A DNA stretch of 64,000 nucleotides from an uncultured Candidatus Saccharibacteria bacterium (GCA_964385105.1 CAYLMU010000001.1:130252-194251), one strand, 5' to 3'; shown: positions 1 to 9,079, numbered from the stretch's first letter. Notes: a model not told the origin generated them from the sequence alone. Program-made: numbers and translations.

Positions 1-63
1 TTGTTGCTAAGGCTTTTTATTTTTGTAGTAAAATAGCAATGTAATCCCCAGGCTACAAGTGCC

Positions 64-73
64 TCATGGCGGA
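64..73 (+). repeat. Left att core TCATGGCGGA
   Basis: Identical to 4505-4514; the sequence after it stays open in the recombinase reading frame until TAA at 145-147. Confidence 0.75.
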
Positions 74-212
74 ACACTGTAACCCAAGTTAGAACCTATT
101 TTAGCACTAAAAACAGCTTTATAAGCATATTTAGTATGATTGACTAATATCCTATAGTATGTTATACTAATACCATAAATCGGAATTAAGGCATATACTC
201 AGGAGGCCAAAA

Positions 213-554
213 ATGTCCCGCAACAGGAGCTTTTTGTATGGGCGTCTTGCTGACAATAACCCCCACTTGCATGTGGATGGCGTTCAAATCGTCAGCACCG
301 AAGTCATCACCCCCGCAGAACTGGCAGAGCGCTTCAACGGTCAGAACGTGTACATTGAGACCGGCAAAGAAGGCGACACTGGCAGGCAGTATCACGATCA
401 GGGAGTGACCGACGAACAGAAGCAACAGTTTCGCAATGATTGCCCTGGCGCTGTCTGGACTGGTCGCTTTTGGTGGATTCCGCTGGAGAATGGTGACCAC
501 GTCATCATCCCGACCGAGGACGGAAACTACACCATCATCACTGTCCAGATGTAA
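213..554 (+). CDS. Hypothetical protein (GC-rich cargo, 113 aa)
   Basis: AGGAGG RBS at 201-206; visibly more GC-rich than its flanks. Confidence 0.75.
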   Translation: MSRNRSFLYGRLADNNPHLHVDGVQIVSTEVITPAELAERFNGQNVYIETGKEGDTGRQYHDQGVTDEQKQQFRNDCPGAVWTGRFWWIPLENGDHVIIPTEDGNYTIITVQM

Positions 555-674
555 GATCACCGATTTACAGAGACACAGCCTTAAGGTCATCAGACTAAAA
601 GGTAATTGGGGTGAAACCAATTTTAAATGTGAAAGCTTAAGATAATCATTTTTAATGGTTAATTTAAGACAAGT

Positions 675-700
675 AACCACCTGTAAAAGGGTGGTTTTTT
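675..700 (+). terminator. Intrinsic terminator
   Basis: AACCACC...GGTGGTT stem followed by a T-run. Confidence 0.6.
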
Positions 701-748
701 GTTTTTGTAGTACAATACTGTTGTATTCCCCTGCTCACAACTAAATAT

Positions 749-1297
749 ATGAAACCTGAAGATATAACCTTTTTAATTGTTAAAAGCTATGCTGTTGGAA
801 TATTCCATGCAGTGTTAAATCTGTGGTGGTTTTGGTTAGTATTTGGGTTGTTTATAGCAATAAAATATCACCTGATAAATACTCTTAGTGTTCATTCACT
901 TGAAGAACTATTTAATTACCTTTTAGTTAAAGTAAATCCCAAACTTAGTAACTATCAGCTACCTGAGGAGATAGTGTTTCCTAAAAGCTTTATATGGGCT
1001 TCAGATACAGTTTTTAAGTTTGGTGAGTATGGAAGCATAGAGTTTCAAGAGGGTGAAAATATTGGTAAGCAGATTTTTAAATACTTCACAGAAGCTAGGG
1101 GCAATTATGTGAAAGTTAGAGATATTTCTAAGAGGTTAAACACTTCTGATAAAGATATAAGGGCTAGAATTAAAATATTAAACAACAGATTAAGTTGTAT
1201 TAAAGGCATTGATAATGGCTTTGTGAAAATAAAACCAAGCGGTAGAGGTTCTTACAGATTATACATATCCCCACTTCTAAATAATCCCAAGAATTAA
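749..1297 (+). CDS. Membrane-anchored protein with a C-terminal winged-helix DNA-binding domain
   Basis: Hydrophobic N-terminal helix; C-terminal DIRARIKILNNRL...IKPSGRGSYRL resembles an OmpR-type wHTH. Confidence 0.6.
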   Translation: MKPEDITFLIVKSYAVGIFHAVLNLWWFWLVFGLFIAIKYHLINTLSVHSLEELFNYLLVKVNPKLSNYQLPEEIVFPKSFIWASDTVFKFGEYGSIEFQEGENIGKQIFKYFTEARGNYVKVRDISKRLNTSDKDIRARIKILNNRLSCIKGIDNGFVKIKPSGRGSYRLYISPLLNNPKN

Positions 1298-1349
1298 ACA
1301 TATTAAAGATTGCTATTAAACAGGTGTTAAACATTACGCTTGGTGCAGT

Positions 1350-1502
1350 ATGTTATCTGCACAAGCTATACAGGATTTTAAAGACCTGTATTTCAAAAAA
1401 TACAAAATAACACTTTCAGATAATGAAGCAGAAACCTTATTTTTAAGGTTTTTAAACTTTTTCAAACTGATTTATAGACCAATTCCAAAGGGGGAAGCAT
1501 GA
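1350..1502 (+). CDS. 50-aa microprotein translationally coupled to Rep (not in ORF track)
   Basis: MLSAQAIQDFKDLYFKKYKITLSDNEAETLFLRFLNFFKLIYRPIPKGEA; ATGA overlap with the Rep start at 1499. Confidence 0.75.
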   Translation: MLSAQAIQDFKDLYFKKYKITLSDNEAETLFLRFLNFFKLIYRPIPKGEA

Positions 1503-2623
1503 TTGATTCCCTAAGATTTAAAATCTACATAGATGAAGAAACAAAACAAATAATAAGTGATAAATCTGTTGAAAAGAAAGAAGTTAAACCAAAGCCTTCA
1601 TATATTTCAGATTTAGATGATTTCCAAGAAACAGACGAAAGAAAAAGAAGCTTTTATGCTAAACCCTTTATTCTTGAAACAAGTTATCAACTTTATGTAA
1701 CCATTTACAAAGGTAATTTATATATTGAGTTTTCAGCACCTAAAGCTTTATGGGGTAGCAATATTTATATGCTTTATCCTGATAGATTATTAACATGTTT
1801 AGAAAGAGTAAAAGTAACAGTTGAAAGTTATTTTAATGTAAAATTACCCCCTTTAATTGAGTGGATTGTGCAAAGACTTGATATTTGTTATGCGTGGAGG
1901 TTACCAAGCCAAGAACTAGCAGAAAAAGCAATTATTACCTTATCAAGTTATGATTTTCCAAGAAAAAAGAAAAACATAATTGCTAATGAAAGTGTGGTAT
2001 ATCATGGAAACCCCTGCAAGGTTAAGTTCTATCTAAAACAACCAGAGTACAAAGCACATAGCATGGGAAAGCTTAAGAAATGGACTTATGCTTACACTAA
2101 TGCACATAAAATGCTTGATGCTTGTACAGGTATATTAAGATTTGAAGTTTCCATGAAGAAAAAACAAATAAAACAAGATTTTGGCTTAGATGATATTAAC
2201 TACACCCACCTAACTTATGAAGCTATAGAAAACTTACTGAGAAGTTATCTTTCAAGGCTTGTAAAATCCAATAATTTCAAAACTATAGATATAACAGAAG
2301 TTTATCCGTTGCTCGAAGAAAAATACGGTAAAAAACAAGCAATGAATTTATTTCAATTCTTTTGTACTTGGTTTAGTGAGGATAAAACAAGGGAAAAACT
2401 AAACAGGTTTTTACTTGATAACAATATGTGTTCTAGCACAATCAACAAAAGATTAGATTTATTAAAAAATGCTAATGTAGGAATAATAACAACTGATAAA
2501 GAGCTAACATTTGATTTATCAATACCAAGTGATATTGCTGTAAACTCGCCTTACCACAACGTCATGGAACTACTACCAAAATTTGATAAACCCAAACCAA
2601 AGCATGGAGAAGTCAAGGATTAG
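1499..2623 (+). CDS. Phage/plasmid replication initiation protein, gene II/X (CRI) family
   Basis: MIDSL, IEFSAPK..G.N, VQRLDIC, KFYLK..E and GILRFEV motifs. Confidence 0.75.
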   Translation: MIDSLRFKIYIDEETKQIISDKSVEKKEVKPKPSYISDLDDFQETDERKRSFYAKPFILETSYQLYVTIYKGNLYIEFSAPKALWGSNIYMLYPDRLLTCLERVKVTVESYFNVKLPPLIEWIVQRLDICYAWRLPSQELAEKAIITLSSYDFPRKKKNIIANESVVYHGNPCKVKFYLKQPEYKAHSMGKLKKWTYAYTNAHKMLDACTGILRFEVSMKKKQIKQDFGLDDINYTHLTYEAIENLLRSYLSRLVKSNNFKTIDITEVYPLLEEKYGKKQAMNLFQFFCTWFSEDKTREKLNRFLLDNNMCSSTINKRLDLLKNANVGIITTDKELTFDLSIPSDIAVNSPYHNVMELLPKFDKPKPKHGEVKD

Positions 2624-2756
2624 GCGCGGTAGCGCCCCTTGACTTCAGTACCGCCCAAGATAATGGGTTTTGAGGTGAAATGGGTATCCATTTCACCTCT
2701 TATAAGCCGGAATTTAATAATTTAAGTTTAACTGACTATCTAATAGCAGTTAAACT
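2609..2756. repeat. Three tandem inverted repeats (candidate replication origin or structured RNA)
   Basis: Stems 2609-2618/2637-2646, 2672-2683/2688-2699 and 2725-2734/2747-2756. Confidence 0.7.
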
Positions 2757-2812
2757 AGGATAGATAGAATAAAATACAGTGCTATAATCACAACGAGAAA
2801 AAAGATACTGCT

Positions 2813-4570
2813 ATGTTTAGTGAAACACAAAATCCTAAAATCAAATATTTTATCTACACTAGAAAAAGTACAGAGGAGGAAGACCGCCAATTGCTTTCTA
2901 TAGAAGCACAGCTATTTGAGCTAAGAGAATATGCAAAAAAACTTAATCTTGAGATTGTAGATACCTTTACAGAGGCTAGAAGTGCTTATGAGATAGGCAG
3001 ACCCAAGTTTGCAGAGATGTTAAAACGCATTGAGAAAGGTGAAGCAAATGGGGTTTTATGTTGGCAACCAAACAGAATTTCAAGAAACCCAAAAGACGCA
3101 GGTGAATTTATTTATCAAATGAGTATACGCAGTATTTTAGAGCTTAGAACACCATATAAAACCTTTACTTCCGATTCTTCAGACCAACTACTGCTGACCA
3201 TAGAACTTGGAATGGCTAAAAAAGATAGTGATGATAAATCCCAAAATGTAAAAAGAGGAAACAAAACTAAAATTAGAAATGGTTATGTTCCTTGCATGGC
3301 TATTCAAGGATATGTGAATATTCAAAACCCTGTAACTAAAGAAAGATACATTGATAAAGACCCTGATAGGTTTACACTGCTACAACAAGCGATACATTTA
3401 ATTATAGATAGTGGTTATACGCCTATTGAAGCTTTGCACACGCTTAATGATAAGTGGAACTATAAAACAAGAAAAATGGTTAAGCTTGGCGGTAAAAAGC
3501 TTAGTAGGTCTGCTTGGTATAAATTACTATCTAATCCTTTTATTTACGGCTATATAAAAAGAAAAGATGGTGAGAATTGGGGTAAACACCCGCCTTTAAT
3601 TTCACTTGAGGAATTTAATAATCTTCAAATTAGACTTGGTAAAAAAACTGCTTCCCATTACACAATTAAAGATTTTCCGTATAAAAAAGTAATTAAATGC
3701 GGTGGCTGTGGAGGTACTGTTACGGCACATGAAAAATGGCAGATAATTTGTTCAAATTGTAAAGAGAAGTTTGCTAAAACTGAAAATAGAACTACTTGTA
3801 CTAGTTGCGGTACACCAATTGAAAAAATGAATAATCCTAAAATACTTCACTACACTTACCTTTCTTGTGCTAAAAAAACTAATCCAAACTGTACTGAAAA
3901 GGCTTTAAGGCTTGATAACCTTGAAACAACTATAGAAACGGAAATAAACAAATTTGAAATAGATGATGATTTTCTTAACATTGCTGTTAAATACTTACAT
4001 GAGGTTACAGATGTTGATTTTGATATTAACCAAAGAGTTGATGATGGTTTGAATACTGAACTAGATAACCTTCAATACAGCTTAAAAGAACTTCTTAAAC
4101 TTAAAGTATCACCTGAAAATAGAGATGGTAGCAGACTTTCAGAACCTGAATATGTATCACAAAGAAAAGACCTGTTAGCAAGAATAAAGGAAGTAGAAAA
4201 CCTTGTATTAGATAACAACAAGAGAGTTGAAACTTCAACAGAAAACACAGAAAAAGCATTTAACTTTGCTAGATATGCTAACTACTGGTTAAAACATGGG
4301 GATTCAAACACCAAAACGCAAATACTACAAAGTTTAGGTTTGAACCTAACGATTAAAGATAAAAAGCTTTGTTTTGATAAGCAAAAACACTTCTTCCTAA
4401 TTGAAAAGGGATTAAAAGAAATAGAAGCAATAAAACATGAGTTAGAACCCGACATTTTACTTGGTAAAGCAACAAAAGAAGACCTTGTGAAAGCTATTAA
4501 TCTATCATGGCGGAGGAGGTGGGATTCGAACCCACGTGCAGCTTGCGCCGCGCTTAGTTTTCGAGACTAG
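2813..4570 (+). CDS. Large serine recombinase (integrase)
   Basis: Catalytic YTRKST, RPKF, NRISRN; recombinase domain, Zn-ribbon CxxC motifs and coiled coil; 3' end runs antisense into tRNA-Ser. Confidence 0.93.
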   Translation: MFSETQNPKIKYFIYTRKSTEEEDRQLLSIEAQLFELREYAKKLNLEIVDTFTEARSAYEIGRPKFAEMLKRIEKGEANGVLCWQPNRISRNPKDAGEFIYQMSIRSILELRTPYKTFTSDSSDQLLLTIELGMAKKDSDDKSQNVKRGNKTKIRNGYVPCMAIQGYVNIQNPVTKERYIDKDPDRFTLLQQAIHLIIDSGYTPIEALHTLNDKWNYKTRKMVKLGGKKLSRSAWYKLLSNPFIYGYIKRKDGENWGKHPPLISLEEFNNLQIRLGKKTASHYTIKDFPYKKVIKCGGCGGTVTAHEKWQIICSNCKEKFAKTENRTTCTSCGTPIEKMNNPKILHYTYLSCAKKTNPNCTEKALRLDNLETTIETEINKFEIDDDFLNIAVKYLHEVTDVDFDINQRVDDGLNTELDNLQYSLKELLKLKVSPENRDGSRLSEPEYVSQRKDLLARIKEVENLVLDNNKRVETSTENTEKAFNFARYANYWLKHGDSNTKTQILQSLGLNLTIKDKKLCFDKQKHFFLIEKGLKEIEAIKHELEPDILLGKATKEDLVKAINLSWRRRWDSNPRAACAALSFRD

Positions 4571-4598
4571 CCCGTTATGACCGCTTCGGTACTCCTCC
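4508..4598 (-). tRNA. tRNA-Ser(CGA)
   Basis: GGAGGAG acceptor stem, anticodon loop CTCGAAA, long variable arm, GTTCGAATC, encoded CCA. Confidence 0.95.
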
Positions 4599-4690
4599 AA
4601 GCCTACGGCATATTATACCTGAAATTTCTTGTTTTTTATGTTAATATTCAGCATCTTACCAATCTTTGTTAGACAAAGGAGAGTTCAAAA

Positions 4691-5038
4691 GTGTCGAGAA
4701 AAGGTGGTTTTGGGCCCAAAGAGGCTCGGTCTATTATTGTCGCGAATTTTGAAGGATCATTAAGAGATTTGGAGCCAGAACTTAGGAAGTGTATAAGGTC
4801 TTTAACCACAGGCTTTGTGGTTAGTGTGACTTGTACAACACATGATCATCAAAGTTTGATGATTTGCTTGAAAAAGGTGAATGATGCCGCTTCTAATAAT
4901 GGAATGAATCCTAGGAAGGGTATACTTGTTCCTATGAAGTGGTGCATAAACTATACCAATGGTAAACATGTAGCTACACGAGAGTTCGTGCCAAACCCGG
5001 AGTCTGTGCAGCTAAAAGTTAATGCTTCTACTGCTTAG
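4691..5038 (+). CDS. Hypothetical protein
   Basis: AAAGGAGAG RBS before GTG; hairpin downstream. Confidence 0.6.
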   Translation: MSRKGGFGPKEARSIIVANFEGSLRDLEPELRKCIRSLTTGFVVSVTCTTHDHQSLMICLKKVNDAASNNGMNPRKGILVPMKWCINYTNGKHVATREFVPNPESVQLKVNASTA

Positions 5039-5078
5039 GTAATGAAATAAATAAGGTAAACTAGCCTTTTAAAACTTT

Positions 5079-5116
5079 GAACCTCCAACACCCACCTGGA
5101 GGTTCTTTTATTTTTT
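5079..5116. terminator. Terminator hairpin between convergent units
   Basis: GAACCTCCA/TGGAGGTTC stem plus T-run. Confidence 0.6.
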
Positions 5117-5193
5117 TGGTGAACCGTGTAGGATTCGAACCTACGACCTTTGCAATGTGAATGCAACGCTCTAACCGGCTGAGCTAACGGTTC
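5117..5193 (-). tRNA. tRNA-Val(CAC)
   Basis: TTGCA-TTCACAT-TGCAA anticodon arm, T-loop GTTCGAATC, CCA. Confidence 0.95.
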
Positions 5194-5225
5194 GCACTGC
5201 AAAGATTATACTTATTTGTTAACTG

Positions 5226-5687
5226 TTATTCCAGCTGTTCAAGATCTTCATCCATTCGTATTTCTTCGTCAAGACTTTTTTGCAGTAAATCGGCAAAATC
5301 TTCGTACCCCAAGTCCCTGGCGTTTTTAATTGCTGAGTTATAGGTCAAGATTTCGTAATGTTCTACTTTGCGAGAACCTCCATTTAGCGCTTTATCTTTA
5401 ATAGCAGCTTCACCTTCTGTATTTGCGATTTTATCGCCTTCTTCCAACAATCCAGCCATACCTATACATTTTGAATCATCCAACTTTTCACCTAACGATT
5501 CAGAAATTTGACTGAGTCTTGCAACTTGAGTTCGCGTTTCTTCAAGGTGTCGTTCAAGCAGCTGTTTAAGATTTGGATTTTGAACAACGTTAATTAGTTT
5601 TGGCAGTGCGGCGGTAATTTGGGTTTCTGCACTATAAAGGTCTTTTAGTTCATGTTTGAATAAATCTTCTTGAGTGTTTAATTTCAT
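5226..5687 (-). CDS. Ferritin-like YciE/YciF (DUF892) protein
   Basis: LKDLYSAE, HLEET, C.GM.GL and VEHYEI motifs; start moved to the ATG after AGGAGGTG. Confidence 0.88.
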   Translation of the reverse strand: MKLNTQEDLFKHELKDLYSAETQITAALPKLINVVQNPNLKQLLERHLEETRTQVARLSQISESLGEKLDDSKCIGMAGLLEEGDKIANTEGEAAIKDKALNGGSRKVEHYEILTYNSAIKNARDLGYEDFADLLQKSLDEEIRMDEDLEQLE

Positions 5688-5787
5688 GTCACCTCCTAAA
5701 TTTGTTACTAATTTCATCTTATGTAAGGATTGTTATTTGTTTTTAATATTGGGGTTAGAGTTTGGTAAGGTGTGTTTAGATTTTAAT

Positions 5788-5827
5788 AAAAAAACCGGCT
5801 AAAGTTGAGTTCGCTCAATAGCCGGTT
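5788..5827 (-). terminator. Intrinsic terminator
   Basis: AACCGGCTA/TAGCCGGTT stem with a U-tract on the minus strand. Confidence 0.6.
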
Positions 5828-6107
5828 ATCTATTTACAACTATAATTTTGACTTCTTTGCCCTGTTCTTTTAGCGCTTTAACACATGATGAGATTTTTTC
5901 TCTAATTTCATGTGTGCCGCCTTTTGCTGTTATGAAAAGTGTAATTGTTGTGATTTCAAGATTGGCGGCTTCTTGTAGTAGCTCCAGTATGATTTGGAGT
6001 GTGTCATTATTAAGCGGATCGTGAATAGGTATAACTCTGTGCAAATCAAACCATACCTTGCACCAATAAGCATAATACAACAAAGACCTTCTTCGTTTTG
6101 GTTTCAA
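5826..6107 (-). CDS. Hypothetical protein
   Basis: ORF ending directly at a terminator. Confidence 0.45.
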   Translation of the reverse strand: MKPKRRRSLLYYAYWCKVWFDLHRVIPIHDPLNNDTLQIILELLQEAANLEITTITLFITAKGGTHEIREKISSCVKALKEQGKEVKIIVVNR

Positions 6108-6337
6108 GCAACACCTCTTATGTTTTGGATTTTAGGATATTTAAAAAGATTTTACGCTTTATTAAGAAATAAGACAAATTTTAGAAAAATACAAAATCTT
6201 GTTGTATTAGTGCAGCGTCTAGCAACTATAGGGTATATTTATACTAATCGACACATAAAAAAGTAGCCACACCTTCTAGATTCAATGGAAAGTATGGCCA
6301 GGTTCTTGTTCTAACTATGTTTTTTTTGAGCGAGTGC

Positions 6338-6640
6338 CTAACCCTTTTTTGAAAGTATAAAAGTTCGGTCTTGGGTAAATAAGACATAACCCTTGTCTAT
6401 TAGTGACCATATTGCATCCCGAACATCACTCTTGGAAAGCAATGTGTCTATTGATTCTGCTATGATTTTTTGCTTCCACTCTTGTTCTCCCAGTATTAAA
6501 AGCCTTAAATGTTCAGGACTTTGAATCGGTTTAGAATATTGCTGCATAACCTGCAGTATCTGTATCTCAAGCTCGGTTAAATTTTCAAATAGGGCTTTTT
6601 GCGTCATGTCCTGCTCCTTTTTATGTTTTTTAGATGACAC
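6338..6640 (-). CDS. Hypothetical protein, possible winged helix
   Basis: VRDAIWSLIDKGYV resembles a wHTH recognition helix. Confidence 0.5.
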   Translation of the reverse strand: MSSKKHKKEQDMTQKALFENLTELEIQILQVMQQYSKPIQSPEHLRLLILGEQEWKQKIIAESIDTLLSKSDVRDAIWSLIDKGYVLFTQDRTFILSKKG

Positions 6641-6660
6641 TTTATTTAGATTTGGTTGTA

Positions 6661-7671
6661 TTATAACCTACAAATACTCTCGCAAGGTACGCCGTCGTTA
6701 TTACCATCTCTGGCACTACACCCACAATTATTCAATTGAAAATAAGCTTCTTCGCACGAAACCATTTGTCCGCAAGTTTTACTACAGTTACAAGTAAAGG
6801 GTGATGTGTTAACAGGCGGGGTTACAGGATTTGGAGCAGGTGCCGGTACAACATTATTCTGTGGTGGTGGAATCGGGAGTTGTTCGGGAACAGGACTTGG
6901 CGTGGCTCCCACATTTTTGTTGGGGTCTTTGTATGTGCCTGTGTACACATTTCCGTCGCACGTTTCTTTTGCCCAAAATCCTGCCAAACTATTGCGTGCA
7001 CTTTGTTCTGCTGAGGTAAACCTTTCCTGATACTTTACATCCGGCGGGTAGGCCGAAGCTTGTGCGTAGCCATTTTGCACCATGTATTCATTAACAAGAG
7101 TTTCGCCAATCCACAAATATCTTAAATATCTATCAAAACGGTCTGTATCTGATATGTCTTTTTCTAATGTAACTTCTTTGTTTAACACAAGCGATTCAAG
7201 CGCTGCCCTTGCTTCATTGGCATAACATTGAACAGGTTCTGTTGGATGGCTTAGTTCGGGGGTGTTTATACCAATAAGTCTTATTTTTAGCTCTGTACCA
7301 TTTACCGTAGCAGTTAAAGTGTCTCCGTCGGTTATAGCTGTAACTGTGCCTGTTTCTGTTTGTTGTATGCTGTCAACTTGGTTTACTGTGACCTCAGATT
7401 GTGTTTGTTCTGATGTGTTTACGGATTCGGTTTCTAACGATTCAAGATCGGGGGATAACAATACGCCAACAAAAAATAAAAATATTATTGCTATAGCACG
7501 GATTCCTGTTTTGACGGGATATTTTTTTTCAATAAATTCATATATTGGCGGAAGCAAAAGTGCGGCAGACATGAAAATGAGCAGACCTCCTATAGCATTG
7601 TCAGAAGTCAGTTCGATTGCACTTCCAAGTAGTAAAAACAAACCTATTGCCCATTGAAGTATTTTCTTCAT
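6661..7671 (-). CDS. Membrane-anchored thermonuclease (SNase) with Excalibur Ca-binding domain
   Basis: TDGDT, IRLIGINTPE, DRFDRYLRY; C-terminal C..M.SCEEA...DGNNDGVPCE. Confidence 0.9.
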   Translation of the reverse strand: MKKILQWAIGLFLLLGSAIELTSDNAIGGLLIFMSAALLLPPIYEFIEKKYPVKTGIRAIAIIFLFFVGVLLSPDLESLETESVNTSEQTQSEVTVNQVDSIQQTETGTVTAITDGDTLTATVNGTELKIRLIGINTPELSHPTEPVQCYANEARAALESLVLNKEVTLEKDISDTDRFDRYLRYLWIGETLVNEYMVQNGYAQASAYPPDVKYQERFTSAEQSARNSLAGFWAKETCDGNVYTGTYKDPNKNVGATPSPVPEQLPIPPPQNNVVPAPAPNPVTPPVNTSPFTCNCSKTCGQMVSCEEAYFQLNNCGCSARDGNNDGVPCESICRL

Positions 7672-7765
7672 GATGACTGATAGTATAGCACGTGATGTTA
7701 TAAGTCTATTAACAATGGATATTGATTGCTTGATCAAGTGGGAACCTGATGATAAAATGACACAT

Positions 7766-9073
7766 ATGTTGAGTAGTGATTATTTACAAACTATAAGAGT
7801 AGCTGAATTGTTTGCAGGTGTCGGTGGTTTTAGACTTGGTCTTGAAGGGTATGGTGACAAGAGGTTTAGGGGCTATTCGACAATTTGGAGTAATCAATGG
7901 GAGCCTACGACCAAAGCTCAACATGCATCTGACATATATTGTTTAAGATTTGGAGCAGAAAATCACTCTAATTTTGATATAGCAACTGTTCCCACGCATG
8001 AAATACCTGACCACGATTTATTAGTGGGGGGTTTTCCGTGCCAAGATTATTCTGTGGCACGTACATTAAGTCAAGCAGCAGGTCTTTCAGGAAAAAAGGG
8101 AGTTTTGTGGTGGGAAATTCACAGGATACTAAAAGTAAAAGGCGCATATGCACCACAATTTTTGTTTTTAGAGAATGTAGATAGGCTTCTTAAATCTCCA
8201 GCTAGTCAAAGAGGACGGGACTTTGCCGTAATGTTAGCTTCATTATCAGATTTGGGATATATGGTTGAATGGAGAGTTATCAATGCAGCTGATTATGGCA
8301 TGCCTCAGCGCAGAAAACGTACTTATATTCTAGGGTATAAAAAGAACTCACCAGTATATGAAGAATTTAATTCTCACAATTCGTTGGAGTGGTTGAATAG
8401 AGAAGGAGTCTTTGCAAAAGCATTTCCAGTAGAGCAACTGAGTCAAACACCTTTGGAATTTTCGCTAGATGGAGATTTAGCTGAAATTACTGTTCAATTC
8501 AACAAAAAAGGTAAGAAATCGCCAACACCTTTTGAAAATGCAGGAGTTATGGTTGATAGAAAAGTTTATACGAATAAGACAAACGCCTCATATAGCGGTC
8601 CTTATACAGTATTGGGGGATATTTTATTGACTGAAGATGAAGTACCGGAAGAGTTCTTTATCGATGATGAAAGATTGCAAGAATGGCTGTACCTAAAAGG
8701 TGCCAAAAGAGAAAAGAGAATAACTAAAGATGGATTTGAGTATGACTATTCTGAAGGTCCCATGAAATTTCCAGATTCTCTTGATAGACCTGCCAGAACG
8801 ATAGTGACTGGCGAAGGTGGTGCGTCACCCTCAAGATTTAAGCATGTTATTCAAACAGCGTCGGGCAGATACAGAAGGCTCACACCACTTGAACTTGAAA
8901 GAGCAAATATGTTCCCGGATAATCACACGGAGGGGGCAAGTGACGTAAAGAGAGCTTTTTTGATGGGGAATGCACTCGTTGTAGGTGTAATAGAAAAAGT
9001 AGGACGTGAGTTATATCAGAGAGTAAATACAGAATCTAAAGTAAAAAAAGTAAGTGTTGAATCTAGTGAGTAG
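7766..9073 (+). CDS. DNA (cytosine-5)-methyltransferase, M.Sau3AI-like
   Basis: ELFAGVGG, GGFPCQDYS, ENV, QRRKR, RRLTPLE and MGNAL motifs; start inferred from a -10 box. Confidence 0.93.
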   Translation: MLSSDYLQTIRVAELFAGVGGFRLGLEGYGDKRFRGYSTIWSNQWEPTTKAQHASDIYCLRFGAENHSNFDIATVPTHEIPDHDLLVGGFPCQDYSVARTLSQAAGLSGKKGVLWWEIHRILKVKGAYAPQFLFLENVDRLLKSPASQRGRDFAVMLASLSDLGYMVEWRVINAADYGMPQRRKRTYILGYKKNSPVYEEFNSHNSLEWLNREGVFAKAFPVEQLSQTPLEFSLDGDLAEITVQFNKKGKKSPTPFENAGVMVDRKVYTNKTNASYSGPYTVLGDILLTEDEVPEEFFIDDERLQEWLYLKGAKREKRITKDGFEYDYSEGPMKFPDSLDRPARTIVTGEGGASPSRFKHVIQTASGRYRRLTPLELERANMFPDNHTEGASDVKRAFLMGNALVVGVIEKVGRELYQRVNTESKVKKVSVESSE

Positions 9074-9079
9074 TTAATT

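Larger units (their letters stand above)
64..4514 (+). mobile_element. ~4.4-kb integrative element at the 3' end of tRNA-Ser(CGA)
   Basis: Direct repeat TCATGGCGGA at 64-73 and 4505-4514 (the latter includes the tRNA CCA end); encloses a Rep and a large serine recombinase. Confidence 0.8.

Noticed and set aside
186-680. 164-aa minus-strand ORF
   Set aside because: Antisense shadow of the GC-rich 213-554 gene, which has the RBS
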